Shown: positions 41,587 through 55,913 of the stretch, piece by piece
Layout: every line of letters starts with the position of its first letter
Position numbering within the stretch: position 1 is the first letter of the stretch
Assembly: GCA_964016885.1 (NCBI GenBank)
Contig: OZ024740.1
Coordinates: 237,894,001 to 237,958,000, forward strand
DNA from: Eledone cirrhosa
Lineage: Eukaryota
Length of the DNA stretch: 64,000 nt
Direction: 5' to 3'
The notes under the pieces: generated by a model
What the model was told of the DNA's origin: nothing
What the model saw: the letters and a program-made list of their open reading frames with translations, nothing else
Database searches by the model: none
Translations under genes and position numbers: made by a program

Positions 41587-41923
41587 CAGAGTAATTCGTG
41601 GTAGAGGGATGGTCAGTATGAATGTGTCTGTACGTGTGTGGGGGATATTTTAACATGTTAAAGATATTTTTCAGCTCTTGTCTTATACGGAGAAGTGTGT
41701 GTGTGTGTGTGTGTGTATATGTCTCTTTGTATGTTAATGTACACGTGTGTATGTGTGTGTGTGTATATGTGTGTGATTGTGTGTGTGAGAATGTGTGTGT
41801 GTGGGTGGACCAGTATTTTTGTGATACTGGTAAAAATGGTGTACATTATTCGATATGTATCTATATATATATATGTATCTATATGTATATATATGTATCT
41901 ATCTATCTATCTATCTATCTATC

Positions 41924-42628
41924 CGTTCGGGACAAGCTCTACAGACACGGGCGCCCAGGCAGGGATCCCTCGAAAAAAATCTGTCCGAGATGCGTGCGGG
42001 ACGAGGAAACCGTCGCGCACGCATTTGTACACTGCCCGGGCGTTACCGACCTGTGGAGCTATGCAGAACGACTACTGTCGCGGGTGGGACAAATCCGGTT
42101 GACCACCGAGTCCATTAGTGCGAAACAAACCGCCACCTTCCTTCAAAAACGAAGGAGAAGCGGTTTTCCACTGTGTAGTTGCTATGGTGAAAGAGGCTAT
42201 ATGATTGATGAGACTGAAAGGGCTGAGGTCAGATACCTTTCGCTCCGGCGAACAGCTGGTTCGCTTCTTCAAATATCATTTTAGAAGAAGAATCAGAGTG
42301 GAGAGAGAGGTGCTGTACCCCAGCAAATTTTACGAAAGGTGGGTGAATGAGGCAAGGATGGCCTGAGTGGTTGGGCCTTCTCTTTATATAAGCCTGTAGG
42401 GCCCGGAAGAGGAAGAGAGGAGAGGAGTGCTCGCTCTTTGTGCTCCTGGAGATGAGGGTTGTACATTTTTTTTCGGGGTGTGTGCAACCCATTTGTAACG
42501 CCTCTCCCTGTATTGGGGATTTTGTTTGTTTTATTGATCATTTTTATTATATATTTTTACATCCCTTGTATGTAAACGCCCTAATTGTATTTCCCCCATC
42601 TGTTGCGCCCTTGTTGCAAATAAAGAAA
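41924..42628 (+). mobile_element. Mirror copy of the 5'-truncated Tx1 LINE
   Basis: Preceded by (TATC)n and followed by TATCTATC(TA)n. Confidence 0.85.
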
Positions 42629-42638
42629 TATATCTATC

Positions 42639-42672
<34 letters not shown>

Positions 42673-42707
42673 TATACATATACATATATACATACACACA
42701 CACACAC

Positions 42708-42849
<142 letters not shown>

Positions 42850-43235
42850 CTTGAGGAGTACTACTACATTCACTTGTGTCCAGCAATGTGATACACTACC
42901 ACACCATATAGAACTTTCCATTCAAGGGAGGGTAACTCCTGCTGATGACACAGTTCATGCCAACTTACATAATGTATACTAACATAACCTAATTACTGCA
43001 CTGGTGGTTCCATTCGGACCACAATCAGTAGATCGGAATCATAGAAACTGGTGCATTGGTTCAGGTATCTCAAATCTCTTACACTCATGAAGTCGTCTTC
43101 CTCACTGATTAGTGTATGTATACACACTAATTGGTTGGTTCAAATTTTAATAATACGGACTTAATTAGATTATTAAGTAAACGAGGAACTGACCGAAGCT
43201 ATGTCCATTCTATTTGATAAACTTAAACCCATAAT

Positions 43236-43266
<31 letters not shown>

Positions 43267-43363
43267 ATGTATGAATGTATGTATGTTTCTCTTTCTCTTA
43301 ATTTCGAGTACATTTTTGACTGGCCACCTTCCTGGTGGCAAGGTTGTAAAAGAAAAGAAATTG

Positions 43364-44055
43364 TCATTCCTTGAATCGCAAGAATGTTTTGCGAATTTTG
43401 AAGGTGCCAGCTATCGCAGCCATTTGTAGTCTATGAATTAGGGACCTGCGTTCTTTGTCAACAAATCCAAGTTCAGACAAGTGGGTTGGTATATAACCTG
43501 TAGCTCCAATAATGATGGGTATTAAGCTGATCTTCAAACTCCTCATCAATGGTCCATAGATGTCTTCCTTCTCTTTTATTTTTCTTACAACATTGACATC
43601 AAGTGGGCATCTGATCTCTACAACAGAGCACATTGTCTGGTTCCAAACAACAACATCTCAGTTATCTTAATTTGGTGGCAATTTTTATTTTCAGGTTCCA
43701 CCAATATTCTTTAGTGCCGTCTTGATCAACATATTCCTCCTCATTTTGTTTTCCTAAGTGTGCTCCAGATGGTTCTAGCTATCACATCGCGTCTCATAGG
43801 GAGGTTGTAACGAGACGACATTCTTTCGCAGTTGGCAACAATGTGGCTAATATCTTCGATCTTTGTTTTACAAGGCAGACATTTGTTATCAACTGATGGC
43901 CCTCCTCTTTTGTGTAGCAGATATTTGGTAGGGATTTCTTGTTCTTGTATTGCATAGAGATATCCTTCAGGTGGAATGTCATAAACTTGTGGAATTCCGT
44001 GCCAGGCTTTTTGGATGATGTATCTCCTCTATGGTCTGTGTTTTTCGTCTCAGGT
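43364..44055 (-). mobile_element. Mirror copy of the R4/Dong-like 3' fragment
   Basis: CSVVEIRCPLDVN...IPIIIGATG...FLRFKE. Confidence 0.7.
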
Positions 44056-44169
44056 ACCCATCTAGGAGGGCAGTGACTCTGATATAAAAATGACTACATT
44101 GGGCAGACGTGGGCTCCATAAGCTATAGTGAAGGCTACCAGTCTAGGAGAGTAGACATTCCAAATAAAA

Positions 44170-45785
44170 ACTGATACAGGATGGAGAGGACTCTTAAGTC
44201 TGGTAAGACAATCTCTCTAGTGCTGGTGGCATGAACAATATGCCCAATCCATGCTGTAAACTAGTTGGTGATCGGAAGGGCATCCAGCCAGTAAAGGGCA
44301 GAAGTGATGCTCTAGAAAGGAGCAACTATAGAGGAATAAAACTAATGGACAAAGTTATGAAAATGACAGAAAGAATTATGGCACAGCTAATTAGGGAAAG
44401 ATTCAAAATAGATGAGATGCAGTTTGGTTTCATGCCTGGGAAAAGTACTACAGATGCCCTCTTCTTAGAGAGACAACTACAAGAGAAGTTCCTTGCCAAA
44501 AATAAACCACCATATTTAGCTTTTGTTGATCTAGAGAAGGCTTTTGACAGAGTACCCTGATCTACTATCTGCTGGTCCTTAAGGAAATTAGGTGTAGAAG
44601 AATGGCTTATGAGAGCAGTGCAAGCTATGTATAGAGGAGATGTCAGTAAAATCAGAGTAGGAAATGAGTTTAGTGAAGAATTTAAGGTGCAGATAGGAGT
44701 TCATCAAGGTTCAGTTCTTAGCCTCCTGCTGTTGATCATAGTTTTTCAGACTATAACAGAAGAGTTTAAAATGGGTTGCCCATGGGAACTTCTCTATGCA
44801 GATGATTTGGTCCTTATAGCTGAAACCAAAAATGAGCTAGAAAATAAATTATGATTATGGAAATTGAATTTGGAATCAAATGGTTTAAGAGTAAAGTTAA
44901 CGAGAACTAAAGTGCCAGTGAGTAGGAGAGAAGATAGGTCCCAGATTCCCTCAAGAAAGTGGCCTTGCTCAATATGCAGAAAGGGTGTAGGCATAAACTC
45001 CATACAATGTACACAATGTAAATCTTGGGTACACAAATGATATAGTGGGATAATCAGTAGACTAACAGGAAGGGAGGCCTTTGCTTGTAGAAGATACACA
45101 GTAGAAATCGAGAGGAAGACTGCTAATGATATAATCCTTTTCCAGTCACAGGAAGGATTCATTTACGTGGTTGATAGCTTCTGCTATCTTGGTGACCTAG
45201 TTAGCAATGGAGGAGGGTGAGCCAAGAGTATAATAGTTAGAATAAGGATAGGATAGAAGAAGTTCAGAGAACTACTTCCACTGCTGACAACAAAAGATTT
45301 CTCCCTATGTACAAAAGGAAGGCTGTGTGGTGCGTGATGCTACATGGTAATGAAACATTCGCTGTGACCACAGAGGACATGTGTAGACTGGAGAGAAATG
45401 AAGCAATCATGTTTCGTTGGATGTGCAATGTAAATGTGAGAGAAAGGCAGAGCTTGGGCAAGCTGAGAGATAAACTGGGCTTAAAGGGAATCCGAGATGG
45501 TGTGCAGGAGAGAAGACTGTGTTTAAATGGACATGTGATGCACATGGACAATGACGGATGGGGGAAGAAATGCCAGGAAATCCCAGTGGAAGGAATCCGC
45601 AGTAGAGGATGACCAACAAAGACCTGGGCAGAGGTTGTGAGAGCTGACCTCAAATTGCTAAGACTGGCAGAGGAGATGTCGAAGGAACACCACAAGTAGA
45701 GAGATGCCATGCTGAGAAGGATCCATCCAACCCTTGCAAACATGGAAAGGCAGACATAAAAACGGTGATGTTGATGATGATGTTC
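44170..45785 (+). mobile_element. Mirror copy of the internally deleted RTE, retaining its 3' end
   Basis: RT motifs plus a (GAT)n-like tail at 45765-45782. Confidence 0.85.
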
Positions 45786-46227
45786 CCCAATTTACAAATA
45801 CACCATTTCAATGAAGAGCGGTTGTGTGAAAGAGCAATCCTTGACCACAGAAACATCACAGTAAATGCCCTCAACAAAATCTCTCACAAATGATCCCTGG
45901 AGGTAGCCAGACCTGTAAATTTATTGACACTAAAATCATTCTAAATACTGAAGTTCTGCATATTTTTTATAATTTTCCTTGAATACATTTTTCTATTCTT
46001 TTCTTTATTACTTTCTGTATTTAGATATTCTAAATAAAATTTCAAAATTATGTTATGCAATATTTAAATACCTTTTAACATCTTTTATTCAAAGGAAACT
46101 GGACATTATGACAGATGACAATAGGTGCCTTATGAATAGATTTAAACACAGTACAGACCTGGGTGAAGGGTGGGTGGCCACTAGCATCTGTATAAATAAA
46201 TGAGTGTGTAATTGAGATTGCACCAAC

Positions 46228-46373
<146 letters not shown>

Positions 46374-46854
46374 ACATATATATATATACTTCGTTTCGGT
46401 ATTTGTTATGCAAGATATCTTATCCTATTACGTGTGCTGAAACAAATATTGTTATACTTTGGGAGGGTCATCCTGCCAATAAAAAAACACATGCACCCGT
46501 TGGTTTTCACTTCAGTTTATTAAAAATTTCCAGTTGTTTGGTTTAGTAACTGGATGGTTGTTTAGTTATTGTCAAAGTTCTTTTGTCACACATTCTGTGA
46601 CCTCCTCAGTGACTAATTTTTTTTATTTTTGTCTCTCTCCTTTATTCTGTAAGATGGAGTAGGACAGGACAAAGAAGAGAAAAATAATAACAAATTAGTC
46701 ACTGAGGAGGTCACAGAATGTGCGATGAAAGAACTTTGACAATAAATAAACATCCATCCAGTTACTAAACCAACCAACTGGAAATTTGTATTAAAATGTA
46801 TAACAATATATATATATAATAAATAACAAAGAACGCTTATAGCATATGCATATC

Positions 46855-46910
46855 TTTACTTGCTAACATTGTTTCATCCGCACTATAAGTGGGACTCATC
46901 AGAGCATAAA
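46855..46910 (-). ncRNA. Minimal hammerhead ribozyme (inverted pLTR of PLE-B)
   Basis: Reverse complement of 50785-50840. Confidence 0.7.
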
Positions 46911-47886
46911 GTTTAATTACATACCATACAAGCAATAACAAATCCAAGACATTGAAGAATGAAAGGTAATAATAGACGATAAAGGATAAGAATAAAAATA
47001 AAAGTAAAAATAAAAATAAAAATAAAAATAAAAATAAAAATAAAGGGTGCTATCAGTCACAGTTGGGCGGGGTGCTGTCAACATATAGTTACATACAAGC
47101 ATACACATGGATAAGAGAACAGACAAGAGTAGACACATGGATAAGAGAACAGACAAGAGTAGATAAGATAATGGGATTAGGTAAGAGTAGGTAAAAAATA
47201 GGTAAAAAATAGGTGAAAAACAGACTTATAATATATATAAAAAGAAATACAAAGAAATACATAACAAACTTACATATAAAATATAGGGTAAGGAATGAGA
47301 TAAAATAATATAAAATTAAAAATTAAAAATTATATACATAGAACATAATATAATATAATCGTAAAATAAGATAAAATAAGGTAAACTAAAATCAAATAAC
47401 ATAGACTAAATTAAAATAATATAATATAAGATATAATTAAATGTATAATTAAATGTAATTAGGCTTTAGGGACAAATTGTATTACACCCAGGGAAATAAT
47501 GGTCCTAATAGTAGCTCTACCATTGTTATAACACATAATATGTCCATTGGTAATCGAGGTGTCGCGAATGGGAGGGTTCTAAATGCCGGTGGAATGAAAC
47601 AGCAGGGCACCATTAGTCTAAGTAATAACAATAGAGGTGTCGTGAACGGGAGGTTTCTAGATGCCGGTGGAATGAACCAGCAGGGCACCATTAGTCTAAG
47701 TAATAGCAATGGTAGGCCTCGCAGCTCCCCGCATAGACTAGGTGAGCATAGGAACCGTAGAAATAATAATGCTAATAATACTGATGGAAATAGAAAGAAT
47801 AAAAAGAATAGAAGAAGATTGAATACATACTTCAACCCCCCTTTTAATTCTGAAGTGGCTATAAATATTCCTAGGGCTTCTTCTCT

Positions 47887-48546
47887 GTGCTAGAACGGAA
47901 CTTCCCTCCTGGTAATAGGTACCACTCTATCCTCAATAAGAATGTTGTTAAACTTTCGTATTCTACAACCCAAAATCTGGCCTCTCATCTGGCCATTACT
48001 AATAATAAGAAAATAAAGGAAGGCCTGGACAACCTAAGCCTAGGGGAAAACACGGTAGTGGATAGAGTGGGCAGAAACACTGGTGGTGATCTTTCTGAGA
48101 ATAGCATCACCAGAGGTTGTAACTGTAGAAGGGCTTCAGGCTGCCCCCTGAATGGTTTCTGCCTTGTTAGAAACATAGTTTATGTGTGTGATGTGGTAAC
48201 TACGGCGTCCACTATGACCTATATAGGATCAACTTCCACCCCCTTTAAGACCAGGTTTAACTCTCATCAATGCACTTTTAGACATAATAAACTGAGGAAC
48301 TCCACCTCCTTGGCAGCGTACGTCCATAATTTAAAAAATGCACGAACACCTTACACACTTACTTGGCGGCAGGTTGCTAAATCCCATCCATATACTCCTC
48401 ATAGTAGAGTATGTAACCTGTGCCTTGCCGAATCCCACTCTATTATATTTGCTAAATGCCCTCTACTAAATAGAAAGTCTGAAATTTTTTCCTCTTGCCC
48501 CCACCGAATATTAAGCTCTTTCTTCTACTTTAAACCTGTTAGCTAG
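47887..48546 (+). pseudogene. GIY-YIG endonuclease part of the PLE-B ORF
   Basis: CNCRRASGCPLNGFC..NIVYVC..TYIGST..FKTRFNSH..CNLCLAE..LNRKSE..CPHR. The upstream FNPPFN segment is frameshifted and the RT core is missing. Confidence 0.85.
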
Positions 48547-50137
48547 CACGTCCTTATTCCTCCAGTTGGGCTGTCTTGTGTAACTGTCTCTGACTGTGTG
48601 TAACTGTCTCCTATTGTTGGCCGTCTATGTATACGAGTCTGTGAATGTATACGTATGCCTGTGGGAGGATATTGATCTAGATATTGGGGTGTGCAGGGGA
48701 GTGTATGTTAATAAGCACCCCTGTTTGGCACAGTGGATGTAACCCATCCACGCTGGCCTACCCACCATTAGTGCATTGGTGGACCTATCCTGACGTATAT
48801 CTTGTTGATCTGTACCTCTGTATGCGCATGAGTTGTGATGTAATGTATTTATGTAAAGCGTGTACTGCGATTTAGGCTGCACTAGTAGAAATTTAGCCTG
48901 TAACTGTGGGCGGACCCGTGCCATCCTGCCGTAAGCAGTGGATACGTGGCGCATATACGTGTTGCCCTCATATTCTGTGGTTCAAGATCTACAGGCTGAC
49001 CTCTGGGAGCTCTTACCCGGGGTTGTAGTCTTTCTAGCACGATCGGCCTTCCATATATTGACGGTCGTTTTTATGATCCCGAAAGTAACGTTTTGGCCCC
49101 GATGGCCCTCCGTAGTTACTAACGGTCTGTGTACACTCGAATCGGTCAATGGCACGTGCAGACATGAATATCTCCGTAGGATTTCAACTTTATTTTTCTA
49201 CATCTCATCGTATGTATTTGTTTTGAATATATTACCTGTGGTGGTGGGTCTAGTCTAATGTGGTATTTCGGTGTTTAATATCGTATTTAATATCGACTTT
49301 GACCCGTGTGTCCTACGCTGTGTGTGTGTGCGTGTGTGTCCGTGTATACATTTATATGTGTATGGGTGTAGGTGATTATATGTGTCTGTATATATAAAAA
49401 AAAATATATATATATATATGTATACCGTCTCTGCATGTGCATGTGGTGTGTATACGTGCATATACGTGCTAAACATATTGATGTGTACAATCTTGTGATG
49501 TCCCAATGCGGTGACTTAATGGCTCCTGAAGCTATTTTTTATATATCTTCTGTCTTTTTATATATATTTTGTATGCGCTACAACTGTGTCTGCTTGCTTT
49601 AACCCGCCTCACCTTGCTTACTAATGCACGTGAATTCTTCTACCTCCTTCGATGCACCTCTCTCTGACCATTGGACTCCTGCCCGTGTGTGAACCGGTTT
49701 GTGATTACCCCACCGCTCAACTGTGTGAATGCACACCCATGACTTTCGAGTGAACTTTCGAGACTGCCCAACCTGGGACGCCTCCATTGCCTTGCAATGG
49801 TCAAGTGATACTGGTGACTGTGACACTTAGTGCCTTCGTGGGCCCCTGATGTTTTCAAGAAATATATTTTAAAAAATTGGTCAAGTGATACACATAACTG
49901 TGACAATTAGTGCCTTCGTGGGCCCCTGATATATTCAAGAGATATTTTCTAAAAAAATATATATCTTATCTCAATTTACTTTATTTCATTTTATTTTATT
50001 TCATTTCATGTTATCTAATTTTATTTATTTACTTACTTGACTCCATTTATTTATTTATTTATTTATTTAAATTTAAATTTAAATTTTAATTTTAAAATTT
50101 AAATTTTAATTTTATTTATTTATTTAATTCTTAATTT

Positions 50138-50185
<48 letters not shown>

Positions 50186-50784
50186 TTACATTTAATTACA
50201 TTTAATTATACATTTAATTATATCTTATATTATATTATTTTAATTTAGTCTATGTTATTTGATTTTAGTTTACCTTATTTTATCTTATTTTACGATTATA
50301 TTATATTATGTTCTATGTATATAATTTTTAATTTTTAATTTTATATTATTTTATCTCATTCCTTACCCTATATTTTATATGTAAGTTTGTTATGTATTTC
50401 TTTGTATTTCTTTTTATATATATTATAAGTCTGTTTTTCACCTATTTTTTACCTATTTTTTACCTACTCTTACCTAATCCCATTATCTTATCTACTCTTG
50501 TCTGTTCTCTTACCATGTGTCTACTCTTGTCTGTTCTCTTATCCATGTGTATGCTTGTATGTAACTATATGTTGACAGCACCCCGCCCAACTGTGACTGA
50601 TAGCACCCTTTATTTTTATTTTTATTTTTATTTTTATTTTTATTTTTATTTTTATTTTTATTTTTATTTTTATTTTTATTTTTATTTTTACTTTTATTTT
50701 TATTCTTATCCTTTATCGTCTATTATTACCTTTCATTCTTCAATGTCTTGGATTTGTTATTGCTTGTATGGTATGTAATTAACC

Positions 50785-50840
50785 TTTATGCTCTGATGAG
50801 TCCCACTTATAGTGCGGATGAAACAATGTTAGCAAGTAAA
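50785..50840 (+). ncRNA. Minimal type I hammerhead ribozyme in the PLE-B pLTR
   Basis: tttatgct-CTGATGA-g-TCC CACT tat AGTG c GGA-t-GAAAC aat GTT-agcaagtaaa. Confidence 0.75.
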
Positions 50841-50983
50841 GATATGCATATGCTATAAGCGTTCTTTGTTATTTATTATATTACGGCTCTGTCCTCAGAC
50901 ATTGAGCTAACCTCATACTGCCTGCTGGATAAGTGGAGTGTTATACACCCCTGATCCTTTCCCTAGCATACTAACAATATATA

Positions 50984-51037
<54 letters not shown>

Positions 51038-51039
51038 AG

Positions 51040-51980
51040 TAACGGAGTCATAAACTCACGTTAGTCCCTCTAAATTATGAGCTCAAAGGAAAAAGAATCC
51101 TGGGCACTTCAAATATATGTAGAAAAGACAACACACGAGAGAGAGAGTGTTTATCAATGTACAAGGAAAACCACCAGTGTATGGAATCTATGAACTACGA
51201 AAGGTGAGGTAGACGCATAATAATTAAAAATATAAATCAGAATGAATTTACCCACCTCTTTAACTATATATCACACATGTATAAACCCAAAGAGATTGGT
51301 TTCACCAAAAGATTAGTGTTTGGAATGAAACACCCAGGTTCCTCAGCGTGTGGTAAGTGAATACATTCCAGACAACTCTAACAGAACTTAAGATAACTGC
51401 CTTGTAACACGTGGTAGAGAGAAAGAAATGTGTGCAAAGAGACAGTAAACTAGTGGCTTGGGTGGGATGAGTGGCTAGAAATCGGAGCCCAGGGACTAAT
51501 ATGAGTTTATGACTCCGTTAATTTATTTTGATATATTGCTCCTAATAACAGTCTTCTCTCTCTCTCTCTCTCTCTGTTTACTAGGGCTCCCTTATTTGAG
51601 TGGGTTTTGGCTGCGATTTCTAGCCGCTCATCCCACCCAAGCCACTAGTTTACTGTCTCTTGCACACATTTCTTTCTCTCTACCACGTGTTACAAGGCAG
51701 TTATCTTAAGTTCTGTTAGAGTTGTCTGGAATGTATCCACTTACCACACGCTGAGGAACCTGGGTGTTTCATTCCAAACACTAATCTTTTGGTGAAACCA
51801 ATCTCTTTGGGTTTATACATGTGTGATATATAGTTAAAGAGGTGGGTAAATTCATTCTGATTTATATTTTTAATTATTATGCGTCTACATCACCTTTCGT
51901 AGTTCATAGATTCCATACACTGGTGGTTTTCCTTGTACATTGATAAACACACTCTCTCTCTCGTGTGTTGTCTTTTCTAC
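51040..51980. mobile_element. Mirror copy of the ORF-less fold-back element
   Basis: 51117-~51480 is the reverse complement of ~51616-51980. Confidence 0.65.
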
Positions 51981-52743
51981 TTATTACATATATATAGGGA
52001 GCTCATAGATAGATAGGGCAACACACGGTTTTTCGTGGGGGCAAGTTTTTACTAATTTTCGTATTCTGAAAGACCAAAATATAACAAAAAAATTTTGCTC
52101 ATTGGAAGCCGGAAATGTTCTGACAAAAGCTGTGGAAGCTACAGAAATATTCCATATGTTCTTCCAGAGCAATCTCTATTTAAAAAGTTTACATTTTACG
52201 CTTACTTGTCCGCCATTGCAAAAGGCAATAAATTCAAATTTTGAAAAGAGAGGAAAAGGGAAAAGGGAAAAGTGAACTATGCACTTGTACATGTCACTGC
52301 CCCCCCCCCCCGCACCACCACAATAACAATAACGTCTACACTCGCTCCCCACCATCACCACCACACAACTCATTACCCTATCTAAGGTGGCTGACATGTT
52401 GACAGTTGACAAACTGCTAACTCCTTTGTTGTATGTATGTATATATATACATATATGTATGTGTGTGTATATATGTATATATAACACAGCAACATCTACA
52501 ACAACAACAGCAACTATAAAAACAGCGACAGCAACAACACCATTGTCTGTGTTGAATGTGTGTGTATGTATGTATATATATATGTGTATGTATATATATA
52601 TATGTATGTGTATATATCACACACACGAAGCGAACAAATTTCAAAATTTCAACCCAGCGCTTACAACAACAGCAACAATAACAGCAGCAGCAACAGCACC
52701 ATTGTCTGCAGCAGCAGCGTCAGTGAAATGAACAACAACAACG

Positions 52744-52774
<31 letters not shown>

Positions 52775-53479
52775 CAACAACAACTGCCACCATCACTGCC
52801 ACCACCATCACCATACTGACAGCATCCACCACCTTCACCGCCACCACCACCACCGCCATCACCACCATCACTGACACCATCCAGCACCGTCACTACCACC
52901 ACTACTACCACCACCACCATCACTGGCACTATCCACCACCATCGCCACCATCACTATCGCCACCATCACTGTCACCATCCACCACCATCACTGACACCAT
53001 GCACCACCATCACTGACACCATCCACCACTACCACAACCATCACTGACACCATCCACCACCATCACCACCACCATTCACCACCAGCACCACCATCACTGG
53101 CACCATCCTCAACCACCACCGTAACCATCACTGACCCTATCCACCACCACCACCATCACCATCACTGACACTAACCACCACCACCACCATCACCAGCGTA
53201 AAGCAAACAATTATTATTATTATTATATAAAAACTGAACTGGACTGGCAAAGTCAACAGTTGACATGATTTTGATTTTGTATCAGTACTGCCGGTAATAT
53301 ATATATATATGTGTGTGTTTGTATGCATGAATAAGTGTTGGTGTGTGAGTGGCGTGTGTGTTTGTAGTTTGTATGCATGAGTGTTGGTGTGTGAGTGTGT
53401 GTGTGTCTGCGTGTCGTGTCAATTAAGTGGGTTTTTTATTTTTTTTATTATTTTGTTTTTTTTATGACCATGCTGTAAA

Positions 53480-55853
53480 ATGGAGGGGTAAAGAGGGCCC
53501 TTGAGTCTAGTAAGACATCCTTTCTAGTGCTGGTGGAACAAATAAAAGCACCCAGTCCATGCTGTAAAGTGACGTACAGGGCTGTAAAGGGCATACAACC
53601 AGTGTATCAATGCCAAAACGCTTAGCAGCACAGCAACAAATAGATAGGAACAACAAAAAAATATGAAGATGTCGCATCTCAGAGTTGCAAGACTTAATGT
53701 TGGCACTCTCAGAGGTAGATCTGCTGAAATGGCGGAAATGTTGGAGAGAAGGCATGTGGATGTGTGCTGCGTGCAAGAGGTGAGAAGGAGAGGTGTCTCT
53801 GCGAGACTAGTCGTAGGCAAACATCTTAGCTATAAGCTTTTCTGGGTAGGTAAGGATGATGGGTTAGGGGGAGTAGGCATTTTCCTGGCTGAGAGATGGA
53901 TCAATAAGACAATAGAGGTAGTTCCAGCTAGTAATCGAATAATTAAGCTTAGATTAGTTGTAGGCAGGAGACTACTGACAATCATATCTGCCTATGCTCC
54001 CCAAGCAGGCCTAGGCAAAGAAGAGAAAGACTGCTTTTACGAGCAACTTTTACAAACAACTGCAATGACACAGGACGGAGACATCGTTATGCTAGCAGGC
54101 GACTTCAATGGTGATGTTGTACAGCTCCAGGATGGTTACACTGGGGTACATGGTGGGCACGGTTACAGCTCAAGAAATGAAGAAAGATTGAGACTTCTTG
54201 AATTTTGTGATGCAACACTATTTGCAACACTAACTTCCAGAAACCTGCCAACCACCTAATAACATACAAATCTGGCGAGCACATAAGCCTGGTTGACTTC
54301 TTACTAGTTAGGCAGGGGGACAGGCTTACCCCGGGGAAGAATGTACCCCACAGCATAAGTTAGTCGTTAGTGATATCTCAGTAAGCAAGAGACGGAATGA
54401 GACATACAGGAAGGTGTGGAGAAGAAAGGTCTGGAAGCTAAAAGACCTTTCACTAAAATACAAATTTAGGAAAACCCTTCAAGATGTGTATGACGAAAAA
54501 GAAGACGATTTAGAGACGTATGACAGAAAATAACTGGAATTTCTTACGTGATAACTTACTGCAGGTTACTGAGGAAACTTGTGGCTGGAGCAGAGCTCCA
54601 ACCAGACAGAGAGTGACCTGGTGGTGGAACAGCACAGTAGATAAGGCCATTAGAGACGAAAGACTAGCATGGAAGGCTTGGAAAAATGGTGGGAGTAGGG
54701 AAGGATATACAGCCGCTAAGACAGAAGCTAGACGTCAGGTGTACTTAGTACGCAGGGAGGCTGAGAGCAGGAGGTTTGCCAATGTTCTGCGACGGGAAGA
54801 TCAGAGGCGTGCGGTGTTCCACATTGCAAGGCAGTGTGTCAATGCAAATCAGGATGTTGTTGGAGATAAATGTCTCCGGAATGATGCCGGGGTACTTAGT
54901 GTCACGAATGATCAGAAAAGGGAGGCCTGGAAATGTCATTATGAGAGACTGATGAATGTGGAGAATGAATGGGAGAGAGAGAAATTACCCTCAGTAGATC
55001 CAACCGAGGGACAAGCTATTGAGATTGACGAATATAGGGTCCAAGAGGCGATTGAGGAAATGAAAAATGGTAAGGCTGCTGGACCATCGGGGATAGTTGC
55101 TGAGATGCTGAAGGCATCAGGGGACGTAGGCACTAAACTGGTTGCACGCATCATCAATCAGGCTATATATGGTGGTGTCATACTCAAAGACTGGTGCTAC
55201 AGTATTCTCATAAATTGCTACAAAGGTAAAGGGGATGCTCTGGAGAGGAGCAATTATAGGGGTATAAAACTGATGGATCAGGTTATGAAAGTGGCAGAAA
55301 GGATATTAATGCAACTAATTAGAGAAAGGGTCAAACTAGATGAGATGCAGTTTGGTTTTGTGCCTGGGGAGAGTACAACAGATGCCCTCTTCTTGGTGAG
55401 ACAATTACAAGAGAGATTCTTAGCCTTTGTTGACCTAGAGAAGGCCTTTGATAGGGTACCCCGATCTGTCATCTGGTGGTCCCTAAGGAAACTAGGTGTT
55501 GAGGAATGGCTTGTGAGGACAGTGCAAACTTTGTACAGAGGTACTGTCAGTAAAGTCAGGGTAGGAATGGATTTTAGTGAGGAATTCCAGATACAAGTAG
55601 GAGTACATCAAGGTTCGGTCCTCAGCCCGCTCTTGTTCATTATAGTCCTCCAAGCCATAACAGAGGAGTTTAAGACTGGCTGTCCATAGGAACTTCTCTA
55701 TGCTGACGATCTGGTTCTTATATCAGAATCAGTAGAGGAGCTAGAGAATAAATCCTGGCAGTTGGAAACAAGAGGACTGCGAGTGAACCTAGCTAAGACA
55801 AAAGTGTTGATGAGTAGAAAAGAGGACAAAACTCTGATTCCGTCAGGGAAATG

Positions 55854-55858
<5 letters not shown>
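53480..55858 (+). mobile_element. Mirror copy of the RTE LINE, cut at the outer duplication breakpoint
   Basis: APE ORF 53663-54259 and RT ORF 54520-55689; stops at ...PSGKWP followed by (TA)n. Confidence 0.92.

Positions 55859-55909
<51 letters not shown>

Positions 55910-55913
<4 letters not shown>

Larger units (their letters stand above)
46817..50977 (+). mobile_element. Penelope-like element B (Naiad-like), 5'-truncated, with an inverted pLTR; right arm only
   Basis: 46817-47460 is an inverted copy of ~50190-50880. GIY-YIG ORF at 47887-48546; long 3' UTR; in (TA)n, with the empty site at 20663-20713. Confidence 0.9.

Noticed and set aside
42938-42975. CTGATGA as a hammerhead (mirror at ~24905-24935)
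   Set aside because: No stem II or GAAA downstream.
52560-52929. Poly-Asn/Ser/His ORFs resembling a transcription factor, also at 18941-19357
   Set aside because: Trinucleotide repeat translations; frames are not conserved between the two arms.
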